DNA from: Zygnema circumcarinatum SAG 698-1b
Lineage: Eukaryota; Plantae; Zygnematophyceae
Length of the DNA stretch: 64,000 bases
NCBI GenBank assembly: GCA_037447605.1
Contig: CM074817.1
Coordinates: forward strand, 434,001-498,000
Direction of reading: 5' to 3'
In this document: in pieces, positions 23,001 to 36,855 of the stretch
Layout of the letters: the number at the start of each line of letters is the position of its first letter
Position numbering within the stretch: position 1 is the first letter of the stretch
Position numbers and translations under genes: made by a program
Notes under the pieces: model-generated
Database searches by the model: none
Told to the model about the DNA's origin: nothing
The model's input: the letters and a program-made list of their open reading frames with translations, nothing else

Positions 23001-25230
23001 CCTAGAAGCTGCAGTTTTGGCTTGGAACATTGAAATACTAGCTGAAATATGTCGAGAGGGTGAGAGGCATAGGAGACACCACTTATTTCTGGGAGGTTGT
23101 TATTGCAGTTCCACTGGGATGACAGCGTCAGTTCCCCCGAGCTCTGCATATATGCAGCAACCAGTAGCCACTGCCGGCATTGCTGTTAGCAGTGATGCAG
23201 TAATGGCTAATGCACAGCATTTACAGACGGGGACAAAGGTAGAGATGATGGTACCTCAGCCTGCACCCGCATACACGGCAGCATCGTACGGGCCTGCCAT
23301 TCCCCAGACGTATGCCTTTGGGCTCATGCCACAGTACACTACATATGAAACTGCAGATGCTCCAAGCGCAGAGGTGTCACGACTAGCAGGCATTGGCTTG
23401 GTACGTCTAAATCACTCCCTAATGCTATGATGGACCCTGAACAAGGCAGTTATAGATTTAGGTCTTGTGACGGGAGTATAGGCTTGCCAAGGAGCATCAT
23501 TTATCAATCATTCATGAAACAATGATGACTGCTCTTAAGGCCACTACCAGAGTAGCCGTGCTGAGGCAGTTGTGGGAAGATTGGTGGATGGTGGAAGCAG
23601 CAGCCTTATGCAGATCCTGCGAGCTTTTACTCTCCTGCTTTTCGTCCAAGCAATGGAGTAGACGCTGAGTCTCGCTACTCTGCCCTGCCAGCTCTTTCTA
23701 GTAGTGCTGCGAGCAAGTACAGTGCAAGTCCGGCTTCTACAGCAGCCCCACATCAGGGTTTGCCTGCTCATGACGTGCAGGTACACGCTTAACCCTATAT
23801 GTACCGCCTCTATCACCCTTGGTTTAGTAGTTATGAACTTGCGAAGGAGTTTGAGTGTATGATTGCTTGAAGCTTACAGGCGTGCGTACGGCTGTGGTTC
23901 AGGGTCTTGGGGGAGGGGCAGTTGCCGGGCAAATGGCGCACAACCAGGGGGGGGGGCTCAACCCCTCAGTGACTTCTGTGGGGCAGCAGCAGCAGTCAGC
24001 ACAGCAGCAGCCTCAACCCATGGCTCTTCACGCTTTCCCCCAGCAGGCTGCTATCCCCCTTGGCTATGGCGCTCTCAATTACGGTGCCTACTTGAACCAG
24101 TACATGCCCCCAAACTATGCCTACACAATGCACACGGCGTATCCTGGCCCTGGCTATGCCCCCGCACCTGCAAACAATGCATACCCCCAGGCTCCCCCTG
24201 CAAGCTCCTATCCCCAACTTGGCGGTGGCAAGCTTCCTATTCCTGGGCAATACAAGGCAGCGAGTGCTGCAGGCGCAGCGCCCTATTCAGGAGCTGCAGG
24301 CGGATACGGAGGCTATGCAGCTCCTTCAGGGTATGGCGGAGGCCCGGGTGGTTCGGGAGCTGCAACCAGCGGGTATGAAGACGCAGGAGGTCAATATAAA
24401 GACAGCAGCCTGTATATTCCTAGCCAGCAGGTAAGCGATGCCGGATTTGGGATAAGGACCTCATTAGTTTCGTGTGTCTGTTTTTTGTGGCAATTTTCTC
24501 ATATATTCTTATTGTATTGTTATTCTTTTGTAAGCTCGGCGGATGACTCACTCTCCTAAGCTCTTCTCGGCGTCCAACCCTACTTCCTGCCTGCCTCTGC
24601 GGGATGTTTCTGCCAAGTGTTCTGTTGTATTCTTGCCAGAGTCTTCTCACAATCCAATTAAAGTTTCATGCTATCATTGTTTTTTCGTGATAATCTTTCA
24701 CTAACACTCTTCGTTTTCGAACATATGCTTTCATGGCTTTTTTTTTCTGTCCTGATTCCAACAACAACCTCAATCTCTAGATTGCATTTTACTTCACCCT
24801 GGACTGGGACTGAAAACTGTTAAAGTATTACCCTTACACTTGTGACAGAAGACTCTAATTATTTTCATTTTTTTGCCACTTCGTGTGCATAGCATAAGTC
24901 ATGACTCCTTTTCCATGGGTGCTTGGCGTTTGTGAACAGTTGGCGAGAGAACTGCCTGGCAGCTCGTATTATAATCTCAATCTAGGAGGGCAAAGTGGCG
25001 CCTACACTCCCTCGCAGCAGCAGCAGGGCGGTCCGGGCCATCCCGTGACGGCTTATGGCGGGGGGCTTTACCCGTCCGGCCCGGCCGGGCCCACGGGGCA
25101 CCAATTGCTGCAGCCTGGGCAGGGGGTCGGCAGCTCGGGCAGCTCAGTGCAGGCTGCCTCATACCCGCAGCAGCCGCAGCAGCAACAAGGGGTGCAGCGC
25201 ACGCAGCAGAGCTGGAACACTACCTACTAA
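20044..25230 (+). CDS. GIP1: GBF-interacting protein 1-like (DUF1296, N-terminal UBA-like domain; Q/P/G-rich C-terminus); multi-exon
   Basis: N-terminus IPASSRKVVQDLKEILEYTEEEIYATLKECNMDPNETVERLMHQ|DPFEEVKRKRDKRKE is the DUF1296 hallmark. Later exons carry VIIPGHLQV...LSFGSFGS and YKDSSLYIPSQQ. The last exon ends QQSWNTTY* at 25230. Internal exon boundaries are approximate. Confidence 0.9.
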
Positions 25231-26588
25231 TAGCGACAAATGCTTTTTTCCTGCCTGCTTTTTTTTCCTCTGCTTCTGGTCCTCCTTCGCATTGGGTCCC
25301 TTTTTAACCGCTCAGCAGCTGCAGCTCACTCTCCTTCCTTCCAGGCAGCAGCTATCAATAGAAGCAAAAGATACGATTCCGCTTAAGTGGGCGGCCTCCT
25401 TTCTGTAGAATGTCCCTCCCCACATCAGGTAGAGCATGGATGGCCGCCCAGGGCGAGCGGCGATGGCCTCAACGTGGCTCGCTGTTGCTTATGCCCTGGG
25501 GCCCATCAGAGTGTATATATCCCTGCCTTGCTGTCCTTAGCCAATGGGTCGTAGGGGCGGGCATTTGGCTGCCAAGGCCTCATGCGGACAGGGGGGCGGG
25601 GGGGCCTTGTGCTCCTGTGTTCGATTCGATGAGAGTAGGGACAGATTTTGGGGCAGGTCCAGTGCCGTGCTGAGGTGTCTGCACGCGCCAGGTAAGAGGG
25701 CAGAAGGCTCGCTCTGCGTCTGCGTGCCGCAAGCCTGAGTACAGACACTCGCAGGTTTTATAGTTTGTGTCAAAATTTTGCCTCCAGAACGACAGCAAAG
25801 AGCAAAGCAACTTGAAATGTATTGTGGGTAGTCCGTAGAGGGGCATGCCTGTGTACTTTGTGCCTTTGTACTTTCCATGACCTTGTGAGCTGGATGCCCT
25901 AACTTGGATATGGCTTTACTGCAAAGTGAAGGCACGTTCATGTACGCTTGCTTTGGCGTGCTTTGCACAAACCCTTGTAAAGCATGCTTGCATCCGGAAC
26001 AAGAAAGGAAAAGTCAAGTCATCTTTGTTTGACATGCCGTTGTCTTTTGCTGATGTCACTTTCGGTCAAAGCAACATCTCCAATGGACTCTCTCACGGAA
26101 CACCCGCGATTGCCCGATGACGCATTTGGTACTTAGAAGCGGTGCTCGTCAGCGACCACGACCTGCTTACCGCTTCTCCTCTTCGTCCTTGGCGACGCAG
26201 TGAGAGAGAGAGAGAGCAGCAGCAGCAGCAGCAGCAGGCCGTAAAGCCGAGTCGTCGGTGAGAGAGGAGGGAGCGCCCCGCCCCTGTGGGAGGCCTCGGA
26301 GCTGTTCCATGTTCCCCGTTCACCGTTCCCTGCTTTTGGCTGTACCGCAGTGGTATCGATACCGTGCGGACTCACGAAGCGTCCTCGGGGACGCTCCTCT
26401 CGGCAGCGGGAGGACGCGCCGTGGGGCGGGTACCTTCGGTACGGTAGTGTCCCTTTAGGGCTCTCTGCGCGGAGAGCGCGAGAAGACGGCGAGGGCAGCC
26501 CTTGGAGGGCTCGCTGGCTGGCTCCCTCCTGCTGCTGTCTGGGGAGGTGTTTGGGAGTGGCTGAGCGTTGGGTGCGCGCTTGTGAGCC

Positions 26589-29500
26589 ATGTCGTCGTTT
26601 GCGTCTCCGCCGAGCGGGAAGAGGTTGGAGCAGTACAAGGTGATCGAGTTGAAAGATGAGCTCCGGAAGCGCGGCCTGCCCATGAGTGGCGTGAAAAAGG
26701 ACCTTGTGGAGCGGCTTCGTCCGTATTTCGGCGCGCATGAGAAGGGAGACGGGCACGAGGAGCATTTTTCACCTATGCAGAGTCCGAAGTCACCCAAGTC
26801 TCCTTCTCGACGACATGGCCATGTGACCTCCCCGATTGCCAGTCCGGCCAGGCCTGCTTCGTACAGCTCGCCTGTAGCTAATCTCCAAGTAGAGACAACC
26901 AATGCCTTCAAGGATTCTAATGATCTGGCTGTGGTTGAACAGGTGGATAGGTTAAATGCAGTTGCTGTGCTTCCGACGGAAACGCTGCTACCAGTCCAAG
27001 CCACTTCAGAAGGGTTGGTTGCAGGCAGTGAGCAGGCACAGCAATATCCTGCGGAAGAAATAGTTAACTCGCACGTAGCTGACGAGCTGTCCGTTGCATC
27101 CATGGCCGAAACTCAGATGCAATCAGAGGTGAAACCTGAACCCAAAAATGTTAGTTTGTCTATGTCTGAGCCTACGCCAGAGGCACAGGGAAAGCTTGAA
27201 CCAGAGTCTTGCCATTCTGCGGTTTCTGAGTCCCAATCTGAGATAGCAGTGAAAGAAACTGCAGATGCCGAGCCAGAGCATTGCCCCATGATTATGTCTG
27301 ATTCTGTAGTAGAGGCAGACAAGAAGCCTGAGGCCGAGAACGAGCTTTTCGGTAGGACTACGAATGAGCCTGTAGAAAAAGCGGGAGTAGACGCTGGGCC
27401 TGAGCCTGGGCCTGAACCTATAGTAGAAGCAAAAGCAGAGCCTGTGTCTGAGACTGAACCTCAGATGGAAACACAAGCAGAGTTAGAGCCTGAGCCCAAG
27501 CCGGAGCCTGAGCCTGAGCCTGGGCCTGAGGCTGAGGCTGAGGCCGAGCCTGAGGCCGAGCCTGAGCCTGAGCCTGAACCTGAGCTTAAGCCTGAACCTG
27601 AGCCTGAGCCTGCACCTGAGCCTGAGCCTGATCCCGAGCCTGCAGTAGAAGCACAAGGGGGACCTGAGCTGGAAGCTGGCGAACCTGTTGCGTATAGTAA
27701 AGAGGTTGAGATAGAAGCAGGCGCAAAAGCTGAAGTTCAGGCTCAGCCTGATGTTGAGACTGAAGCCAAGACTGAGGTTGAAGCGAATGGGCAGACTGCA
27801 ATAGAGGCTGAAGCTAAGGCTGTCGCTGAGGTCAAAGCTGAGGTAGAGAGTGTTCCTATAGCTGGGCATGAGTCGACGTTCACTTCTGAACCTGAAGTGG
27901 ACGCAGACGTGCCTGTGTATGAACCTCAATCCCAAGCGACTGCAGGAAAAGAACTTCAGCAACAGGTGGAGCACATGTCCGAGGCAGCTGCAGCAGAAGA
28001 GCAGAAGCAAGGCAGTGGGTTCACAAAAGATGTTGATATGGAGCCGATTGTATGTCAGGGCTCTGGACAGTCAGGCATTGAGATGGAACCAGAGCATGTA
28101 GCCGAACCTATGCAGCAGCAGTCACAATCTCAGGATACCTCAGGCAGCGTTCTGACCTTACCGCCTGCAACTGTACCGGACTTAAAAGTTGAGGAAATCA
28201 CACCGAGCGACATTTCTGCGCCTGTTCAAGAAGCTTTGAAAGGGAGTGAGATTCGGTTGCCTAATGATGAAACAATGACTGAAGCTGAGATTCCTGCAGA
28301 TGCTGGCGTAACAGAGCAAGAACCTGAGCCTGTGGAACAATCTGTAGAATTGAGTAACAAAATGGAAGAGGAACACAAAGGTTCTGAGTATCTTGGTCAG
28401 GTTGGAAGGCTGGAAGAAACGGGTAGTGAAATGGAGGTGGAGGCTACAGATGCGGGCCTCCTGGTGCAACTCGAAGCTCCTGGGCTTGAGCTGCCCGATG
28501 TGGACGAGCAGGAGACACAGAAGACTAGAGAGTCTGATGAACGGCAGCACCTGGCAGGAAGGAAACGACGTGGCGAAGCACCAACTGGTACTGGTAGTGC
28601 TTGCACGTTAGGACTTGCGGTTTGCTTATTTTTCGGTCACAAATACGTGTCTGAATTGTCCATTTCCTGCCTGATGACCAAGGAGGTTTTGCAATAGGAA
28701 ATTCCATTGTTGCTTAATTTAAAATTATCAGAAAAAAGAAAGGTTGACCTCGTATTTCTACTTGTTTTTGTCCTGAGTGTTTAATAATTGTGGATGCAGT
28801 CAACAAGATGTTTGAAAGACATGCAGAACTATTTGTAATTGTGCAGAGCATTGATTATTTTTCTTGTAAAGTTTCTACCGCTAATGTGCACACTGTTGTT
28901 GACCCTAAGGACTTTGTATGGAAATAGTGTACGCGGCATGTTGGTTTAGAAAATTATCGACACCATGCTGATCTATCGGTTGGCAATGCAGAGGAGCAGA
29001 AGGACTGCCAGGAATTAGAGTCTGGCAAGCGCCAACGTCGGTGGAATGCGGGAAGCAGCTCAGGTGTAGAGACAGCAGATGGAAGTCAAACTCTCCCTGC
29101 GAGTGGACTTGAGAATGCTCGACCACTCAGTTCGCTTAGAAGGACTGCCATTAGCCGAGCGGATATAGGTCTTAAGTCTGCTCCAGCAGCCAATGGCGAG
29201 GTTGCACATAAAGAGCGTATCGGTAAGCATCCTTCATCTGAAAGGAGATGTTTTGGAGTCAGAAAATTGTTTGTTGTTGCATCAGCTGAATCTGGTTGAC
29301 GTTTACCTTTGACACACTTGTGAAATTTTGACTGGGAGCTAAAGACTCAAGTTAGAGTTACGATTCTATGTTTCTAAGTACTAGCGAGTTGTTTAAGGTT
29401 AACCTAACTGTTTCAGCTGCACATTTCAATTCTCGTATAAACAGGCTGGTTAGCTGACTGTCTTAATTTTTTTTTACTTACTGGCGAGGATTTGTGACAT

Positions 29501-30708
29501 TTTTTCTCCTTCATGCTGTCCAGTGCCTCCTTCACGCGAACCAGCTTCGGCATCAGTGCGCGTTGACAACCTGCTTCGCCCATTCGCCACGAAGCATCTC
29601 CAGGAGCTTCTTGCACGCAGTGGGAAAGTGGAGCATTTCTGGATTGATGCTATCAAGTCACACTGCTATGTGACGGTATGTTGCGCTTGACTGTACCAGG
29701 GGGTGCTGGTCTCGTGGTGAATTGGACAGCTTTGACACAAGGCTTCTGGGGTGGGACGCGCTTAACAGTCAAACAGTCTTTGTTTGACGATGTTACGGTG
29801 CACGGTTGTTTTAGCCATCACTTTTTTCAGCAGTGTCATGTGCTTCTGAACTGCAAGCACTCCATCGACTTGCAGTTCTGCACTTGTGTTCTGCTCTTCA
29901 AACAGACGAGCGCCTCTCTGTCATTCTGTTCATGCCGTTGACTTTCTTAAAAACCCATGTTCTTCAAGAAGGCATGGTAGAAATCAATTATATCGAGTCT
30001 TGTCTTGACATTTTGCTCAGATGCATCCTTTTGCAAATCAATTTCTTATTCCTAGATTAAAGTCTGCTTACAAGCCTGCTGATAAGAAGAAGCGAGGCCT
30101 TGGGATTGCAGTACTCAAGCACGGAGGAAGCGACGGCGGCTCGTTCTGCCCTGTACAACTTACAGTGGCCCGAACAGGGAGGCAAACTCTTGGCAGTGAA
30201 GTTCGTGCCCGACGAAGAGGCAGCTGCCAAGAAAGCTGACTCCAATGCCACTCGAGATCGCCCGACTGCAGCATTGCCAGCTGTGCCGCCACGCACTGCT
30301 GCTGCTCCGCTCGCCGCTCTTCATCAGCCTCCATCTTCCTTACCCCCTCTATCCCGACGAGTTCCTTCAGGTGGGTTTGATTGATGCTATTGTTTGCAAA
30401 GTCGTTCGGGATCAAAGCAGAAATTTGGTACTGTGTTTGGCTTTGGATGAATGTCTTGATTTCTTGGCTTTAGCTCCAGCTTATGTGTTTTTGAGAGTGT
30501 GAATGGTGGTTCTGGACCTCACCTTGTTGCGCATGCTTTTCTCGGAGGTGGTGGCTTCACAGAGCCGGAGCCAACACTGCCGACATTGGATGACCTGTTT
30601 AGGAAGACAAAGGCGCGCCCCGAAATTTATTACGTTCCGTTGACTGAGGAGCAAGTCAAAGCTAAGCTGGCTGCAGAGCAGAGGCCGGCAGTCAAATCTC
30701 GGGGCTGA
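26589..30708 (+). CDS. ACINUS: ACINUS (SAP domain, long acidic linker, RRM, RSB motif; ASAP/EJC component)
   Basis: SAP domain [31 protein letters not shown] exons [19 protein letters not shown]...[14 protein letters not shown] and [35 protein letters not shown] motif [25 protein letters not shown]; stop at 30708. Confidence 0.95.
27486..27642 (+). repeat. Coding (GAGCCT)n hexamer array giving an (EP)n/(EA)n tract in ACINUS
   Basis: Directly visible GAGCCTGAGCCT... reiteration, translated EPEPEP. Confidence 0.9.
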
Positions 30709-31851
30709 ACAAGCCCTGTGAGACCATCTTTTTAGCCTGTGCATGGCGCTCCTCGCCAGCTTTTCTCTATAGACCTGCAGTGGAGGAGGGAATGGGAAGG
30801 CGCCATGGATGCACATCACTAAAATGGTCCTTCCAGCATGAGAGCCGCATTGGTTAGGCAAAGGTAGGCGGCTAGATTGTGGGGTTGTGGGTTCTGGCGA
30901 AACTTTTGGAATGTTCGTATAGAATTCGGCCGCTGGCCGCTCGTTAGTCTTCTGATAGCGACTCTGCTGTACTTTGACAGCCTTGAAATGTTTTTCACAA
31001 CCTCTCCTCTACCTGTGTGAGGAGCTCACTCCGTCCTTGTCTCTGTTGTTTGTTCGCATTACACAAGCCTGTGGAATGGGCTGGAGAAGCAGTGCTCCGC
31101 TTCTGAGCGTGCCGCACTCCACCTTCCAGCCAAGGGGTCAATCGCGTGCTGCAGTCTCAATGACCGACTATGCCACAGATTCATGCCCGATCAATTCAAG
31201 GCGAAGTTGAAAAAAAATCGACGATTTTTGGGACAACCGCAACAAAAAGGAAAAGCGGAGGGACCATAACCAATGAACTTGCACCACAGGGCATAAAAAA
31301 TGGCATTATTGACCATTCACGATGTCCTTTTCTCTCATGATACAGTAACTCGTCTTTTGCGATCACCGCGCTTCTCAAGCCTGCAGCCAACGCAGTGTCC
31401 ATTCCTTGCAACGAGCAGACTGAACTTCCTATTGTGTCCTATTGTCAGCCTATGCTCCTAAGGGTCACTTGAAGTGTACATGGCGTGTCATCGGCTTTAA
31501 TCATGGTTTTCAATTGTCGCCATTTCTTCACATGTGAGAGACCGTGAAATCTGGTTGCGAAGGCTTCGGTGCAGAAACCTTACTCGAACTCCGCCTTGTA
31601 TGCTTGACCTGTTTGAGGTATCCTATAATCGTGTTCACCGCAGCATCACAGTGCTGCCTTGATTGACATTTCATCAGTCACTTTGGGCCCTTGCTGGTTC
31701 CTGGTCGAATGATATAAAGGTCAAAAACAGGGTGCTAACCTGGAGAGGAAGGAGCAACAAAACCCAGCCAGATTGCTGCAGTGGATTGATAGGCTGTCAT
31801 CTGTACATTTGCTCCTTTGCAGCCAGCGCAGTGCCCTGCACGTAGTAGTAT

Positions 31852-33692
31852 TCACATGCCTGGGGGCATTTCAATTCCTCGTAACAGATCTGGTAGATGG
31901 CTATTGGTATATTTAGTTCGCTTTGATTCTCGCCGTTTCTTCACCTTCGGCTGATCCTTCTGACGCCCTACACTTGCAAGCATACTCTCCCGCCTGGCAG
32001 CGCTGATTGCAGGCACCATGCCCCCTCTCTTCAATTCGCGCTCCATGTCATGCCAGTCAGGCAGTTTAATTGCCCGCACAAGCTGTTTGATGTCATCATC
32101 CACAGAAATCTGAATTTTGGGATCATTGGGGTACAAGACCTCCTCCTGCGAATCACTATTTTGCAGTACCCAGACTTGCCCAGCTGCACGCAACTCCTGT
32201 CAGATGGGACACAACAGAGAACGGCATTTATAGGCATCAGATAGGGAAAAGGTGAGAAAGATTCTGACCACCTCTTCAGACTGAACACTTCCCACTAAAT
32301 TCTAGACGACAATAACTACTTATAGCATAGAGCTTCCAAGGCACAGGCTTGCTAAAATCTGATTAATTTTGCTTAATTATCAGAATCCCACCTGTACGTC
32401 AGTTGTCACTGTCAAGTAGCTGTCCTTGACCTCAGATAGCGGGATACCATCCTTATGATCACGAATAAGGCGCAGCAGCTCCTCCTTCCCCTTTAGAGAG
32501 TACTTAGCCTGCGGTCAGCAGTCCAAGGACGACCATCATATTCGTTTCCAGCATATGCCTGGCTGGTTGATTCTTTGCTAAACTTTCCATCTGTTAGATG
32601 AGGACTGTAATACATTCTACGTTTTTGAAAGACATCCCCACAGAATTGGTCAATCAGATATTGGTCCCACCATATAGATATCTCGTTGCTCCTTGCAAAA
32701 TCATAATCCAAGTGAATTATTCAATTTTAGAAATAATGGGAAACACAGACAATGAAAGAAACATAAGAACAAAAAGAAACATAAGAAAGCCAGAGGTCTA
32801 TAAGCCTTTACATGTTTAAACGCCCCAACTCCCCTAGTGCTCAACATAGTCCTTGCAATGAACGCTCTTCGTTTGCGAAGTTGACATAAGATGGGTGCGT
32901 AAGCGGTTACATACCGAGACCATAGTTTCTGAAAATTAGGCTAGCCGCAGGCAGTCCAGCCAGTGATAGCTCGCTATTCTAAATGAACAATTACTTAATA
33001 TTCCAGCTAGTGGCGCAAACTGCATGAAGGAACTTGGGTTTACCTTGTAACTGTAGCATTGTCCATCGAAGGACACTTTGAGATTGCTCTGCAAGCTGCT
33101 CTGTAGCTCCGCATTTGCGCCTATGTCCACATACGTAGCCTCCCCAATCTCTTCAGGTGTCAAAGCTCGTCTGGTCTGCTTCCAACAATGCCTGCGTTCT
33201 CCTGCCTCATCAGATATAAAGGAGGCAGCCGCACTTCAAGCTCAACCGAGCTGCAGAATTTGAGATAAGCCGCACAAGCGCTGCTCTCACAGTTGCAACC
33301 AACCTGCCTTCCTTCTGTTTGGCAAACCAAAGAACGATATATTTTCTAACTCCTTGCGGCCGTTTCACAGAAACCGACGATTGTAATCGCGTTCCTAGTT
33401 TCTGAGGGATGGATGTGCCCACCTGATCAAGTAAGTCGATGATTTTCTTCATCTGCGCGCCCACCGGCATCCTTCGAACCTCCAAAATATGTGCATACTT
33501 ATCAGTGTCTGCGAGCCAATTGGCTCGCAGCAGCGCAGGTGCGCTGGCTGGCTTGGCGGCTGCTGCTGCTGCTGCTGCTGCTACAGGCCTGCTGTTGTTA
33601 GCAGCTTTCGCCCTTGCAGCCGCATCGCTGGCAGTCCGCGCCTGCACCTGCGCCTGCCTCTGCACGAACTGCGCTCGCTTCTCGCTCAACAT
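31852..33692 (-). CDS. GTF2E2: General transcription factor IIE subunit beta; 4 exons
   Basis: Exons read PVGAQMKKIIDLLDQ | TRRALTPEEIGEATYVDI...SLQSNLKVSFDGQCYSYK | AKYSLKGKEELLRLIRDHKDGIPLSEVKDSY | VWVLQNSDSQEEVLYPNDPKIQISVDDDIKQL...KRTKYTNSHLPDL. This matches plant TFIIE-beta. Confidence 0.92.
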
Positions 33693-34193
33693 CTTGCCTC
33701 TCCTCTCTCTCCCCTCCCGCCGGTTCTCGCTTTTGCTCTCCCCCTTCCTTTTTGGCGCCCCCGCCGCTTCCTACCTCCCTCTGCCCCTCCCTCCCTCCCC
33801 TGCGCGCTCGCCGCCTCCTGCACGTACAGCCGGTTCCGACTCATGGGCTCATGGTCGCATGGGGTCATGGGCCCATGGGATCATGGAGTCATGGGGGGCA
33901 GCTGACGCTTGATGACGCAAATTCCGCCGTCGCACCGCATGGAGCGGCAGCGCTTCCAGTTCCGTGGCGCGGCACGGGGAACGGAGAGACTGCACATGGA
34001 GCTTCGCTCGCGAGGTTCGTCTCCCCCGCCCTGGAGGCCGGATGGCGTCCGGCGTCCCCCGGCTGCGAGTACCGCGGCGCGCTCCGTCCGCCGAGTGGAT
34101 GAGGCCATCCGCCGGCGGACCCCGTATCCGCATCTCGAGTCGGATGAGCGCGATATTTGCCCCCCTCCCTCTCCCAGAGGGAGGGACGAGCAG

Positions 34194-36050
34194 ATGCCGC
34201 GGCCGCTGCCGATGGCTGCAGCAGCTTCCGCCATGGGGGAGAGTATCGTGCGGGGGATGCCCACGCTCGTCCCTGGAGGAGGCTTGCTGTGGGAGCAGCA
34301 GCAGGGAAAGCGGCTTATTCCTGGTGAGCACGAAGCTGCTTTTTGTCTTTGTTTTTGTTGAATCACAGAAGGTTCAAAAATCAAAGAATGGAGGAGTTTT
34401 AAGGCTGGCGCTGTTCGTTATAGAACATGTTCGAAAGGACCCGGAATCGCTTTCACCTGTGATTTGCGTGTGCAGAGTAGCTATTCAAGCTATGTGAATT
34501 ACTGTAGGCATAATTGCTGCTGAGTGGCATGGTTAGGATAGCGTGTGTGCAGGTTTGCGTGTAAGAATGCGAGCTGAAAAATGCTCAGGGAATGTGAACA
34601 AGGTGGCGCCGAAATGTGTTTCTCCCAGGGATGCACTGCAGGACCCCACTGCCACCCGGCGGTAGCGTTGCAAGTTTTTCCACATGCTCGGTGCAACAAC
34701 AGCCCGTCAGAGCTCTGCAAATCTTCTCTGTGGGCTCTTCGAAGCGGTCTATGAAAGCTAGTGAGTTTAATTTTTGAAAGCTGTTTTTAAAGTGATAATG
34801 CTACCTAAGCGCGTAGGAAACTTTTCTCGCACTCCCGTTTTGTTTACTAGCCGTATCAAAAGTGAGAGATAAACCAAGTTTCACAAACCACGCTTGATTC
34901 GTAGGGTTATGAGGAAACACAGGCAATTTTTTTTTTCCTTGCCACATTGGTCACATGTATGACCAAACCTGGAAAAGTGTTGTTTGTCGTCTTCTGATGT
35001 TTATGGGAGCCTCCTTTCATTGCAGTTCCAGGTGGCAGGTCATGGAGAATCTTGTCAAAAGTTGTACGGAGGACCAATAGTGCTCATTCAGAGGACACTA
35101 TGGTGACACAGCCTGACATAGAAGACGATACAGAGGAATGCGAAGTAGTCCTGGGAAAGGAGTTGAAGCTAGGGAAGGAGCCTAATGAGTTTGCTGCACA
35201 TTTGGCGGAACCCGTGAAGAACAGAAATGGCTCAGGTGTTCTGCTCTTGAGCGATGTGGAGGGACTGCGGAATGAAGATACGCGTGCCTTTGCATACCGT
35301 CTTGCATGTTTTGGCTATAGGTGAGTTCAGATTACTTTTGAGAAAATCACGGATGGCAGGGCGTGCCTGCCAATGAAGAGATGGAAAGGAGAAACTGATA
35401 GGGAGCAACATGTCATCGCGATCTAAGAGCACGTGTTCTCGTCTTTTGACAACAAATCTGCTGGCGTTTGCAGTGTGCTTATGCCAGACCTGTTCCGAGG
35501 ACAGCCCTGGGAACCGGAGACAATGCCTAAATCGGAGTATGAGAGCTGGCGAGCTCTGCATTCCCCAGAAAGGGTGGCTGCAGATATTGACACTTCTACT
35601 GCGTTTCTAGAGTCAGTGTTGAGTGACAAAGCGGCGCCTGGAGACGGCCGAATCGCCGTGCTTGGCTTCTGCTTTGGCGGTGGCCGTCTGATTGAGACAT
35701 TGGCAAAAGACGCGAATGGCCTGTATTCCGCAGGAGTTTTTTTCTACGGAACCCGTTTTGATGTGAAGCTGGCGGCAAGCATTCAAGTGCCTCTCCTCCT
35801 GATCACAGGCGAGAATGACCCCCTGTGTCCTGTGGACGCTGTTGAACAAGTGCAGGCCCTGACGCAGGGCAGTAAGGCGCTGGTGTTCCCGGGAAGAGGG
35901 CATGCGTTTGCGCACCATCCAAAGTCCATGGAGGACGACGAGGACGCAGAGAGGGCCTTTGAAGCTGCCAAAAAGTGGCTGCACGACCATCTCCTTGCGG
36001 GCGCAGACGGTCCGTGGGCCGAAGGTTCAGACGAGGTGGCAAGAAGCTGA
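34194..36050 (+). CDS. Dienelactone hydrolase family (carboxymethylenebutenolidase-like) alpha/beta hydrolase; 3 exons
   Basis: GSGVLLLSDVEG...AYRLACFGY|SVLMPDLFRGQPW, nucleophile motif GFCFGG, GENDPLCP (Asp) and GRGHAFAH (His). Exon 1 (34194-34323) is phase-compatible with exon 2 (from ~35026). Confidence 0.92.
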
Positions 36051-36855
36051 TGGCGTGGCTTTTGCAGTTTCTGACAACCGGGAAGGATTTCGTCGACCAA
36101 AATTTTCCACAAGAGTCTTGTATGTGTGCGGCGGTTTTTGTATATATGCGGGCTATGTCGCTTGAGGTTCTTTAGAGTACCTTATGCAGAATGATAGGTG
36201 GACATCTTGATGTTCTGCCTTGGCGGGTGGGGAAATGGCCATTCCCTTTTTGCTGTTGATTTCGTATTTGATGTTTTCAGCAGCTCTCAGCTCTTTGTGC
36301 TGAGAAACACCCTGATGAATCTTTGTCTTTAAATGCGCCGTTGTGTACAGTGACGATGTAAAAAGGTGACTGTGGCTTTGAAAACATTCTACATTTTCCG
36401 TTTTCCCAGACAATTAGCATGTGATCGCCTCTCGCCTGCAACGAACACGTCATTGCTAAAGAGATAGCAGATCATACGAGATGAAGGAACGCCAAAGATT
36501 ATTTTACTTAACGTCAGCATGATTTTGCACCTGTACGTAGGTGCATAGTTACATCTTTCCAGCAAAAGTAGAAGCTCGCTGCCTATAGTAAAGTACAGTC
36601 GGCTACAGTTAAAAACAAAAAGCGCAAAACGATGAGTCGAGCCACCACCTTCGTGCACTTCCGTGAAAGTCTGTCTGGCACGTTGCCGCGATGGATGGAT
36701 GCCAGGGCCCCCCTGCCTCCTCCAGAGGGGCCATTGGCGCCAGTCGCGCGCAGGACATTCGGGAGACGCCCCTCCCTCCTCCCGCTGCCGCCACTGTTCA
36801 CACGCGGAGGTACCTCCAGGCAGAAGCTCGTTCTCAAAACCCTACAACGCCCAAA

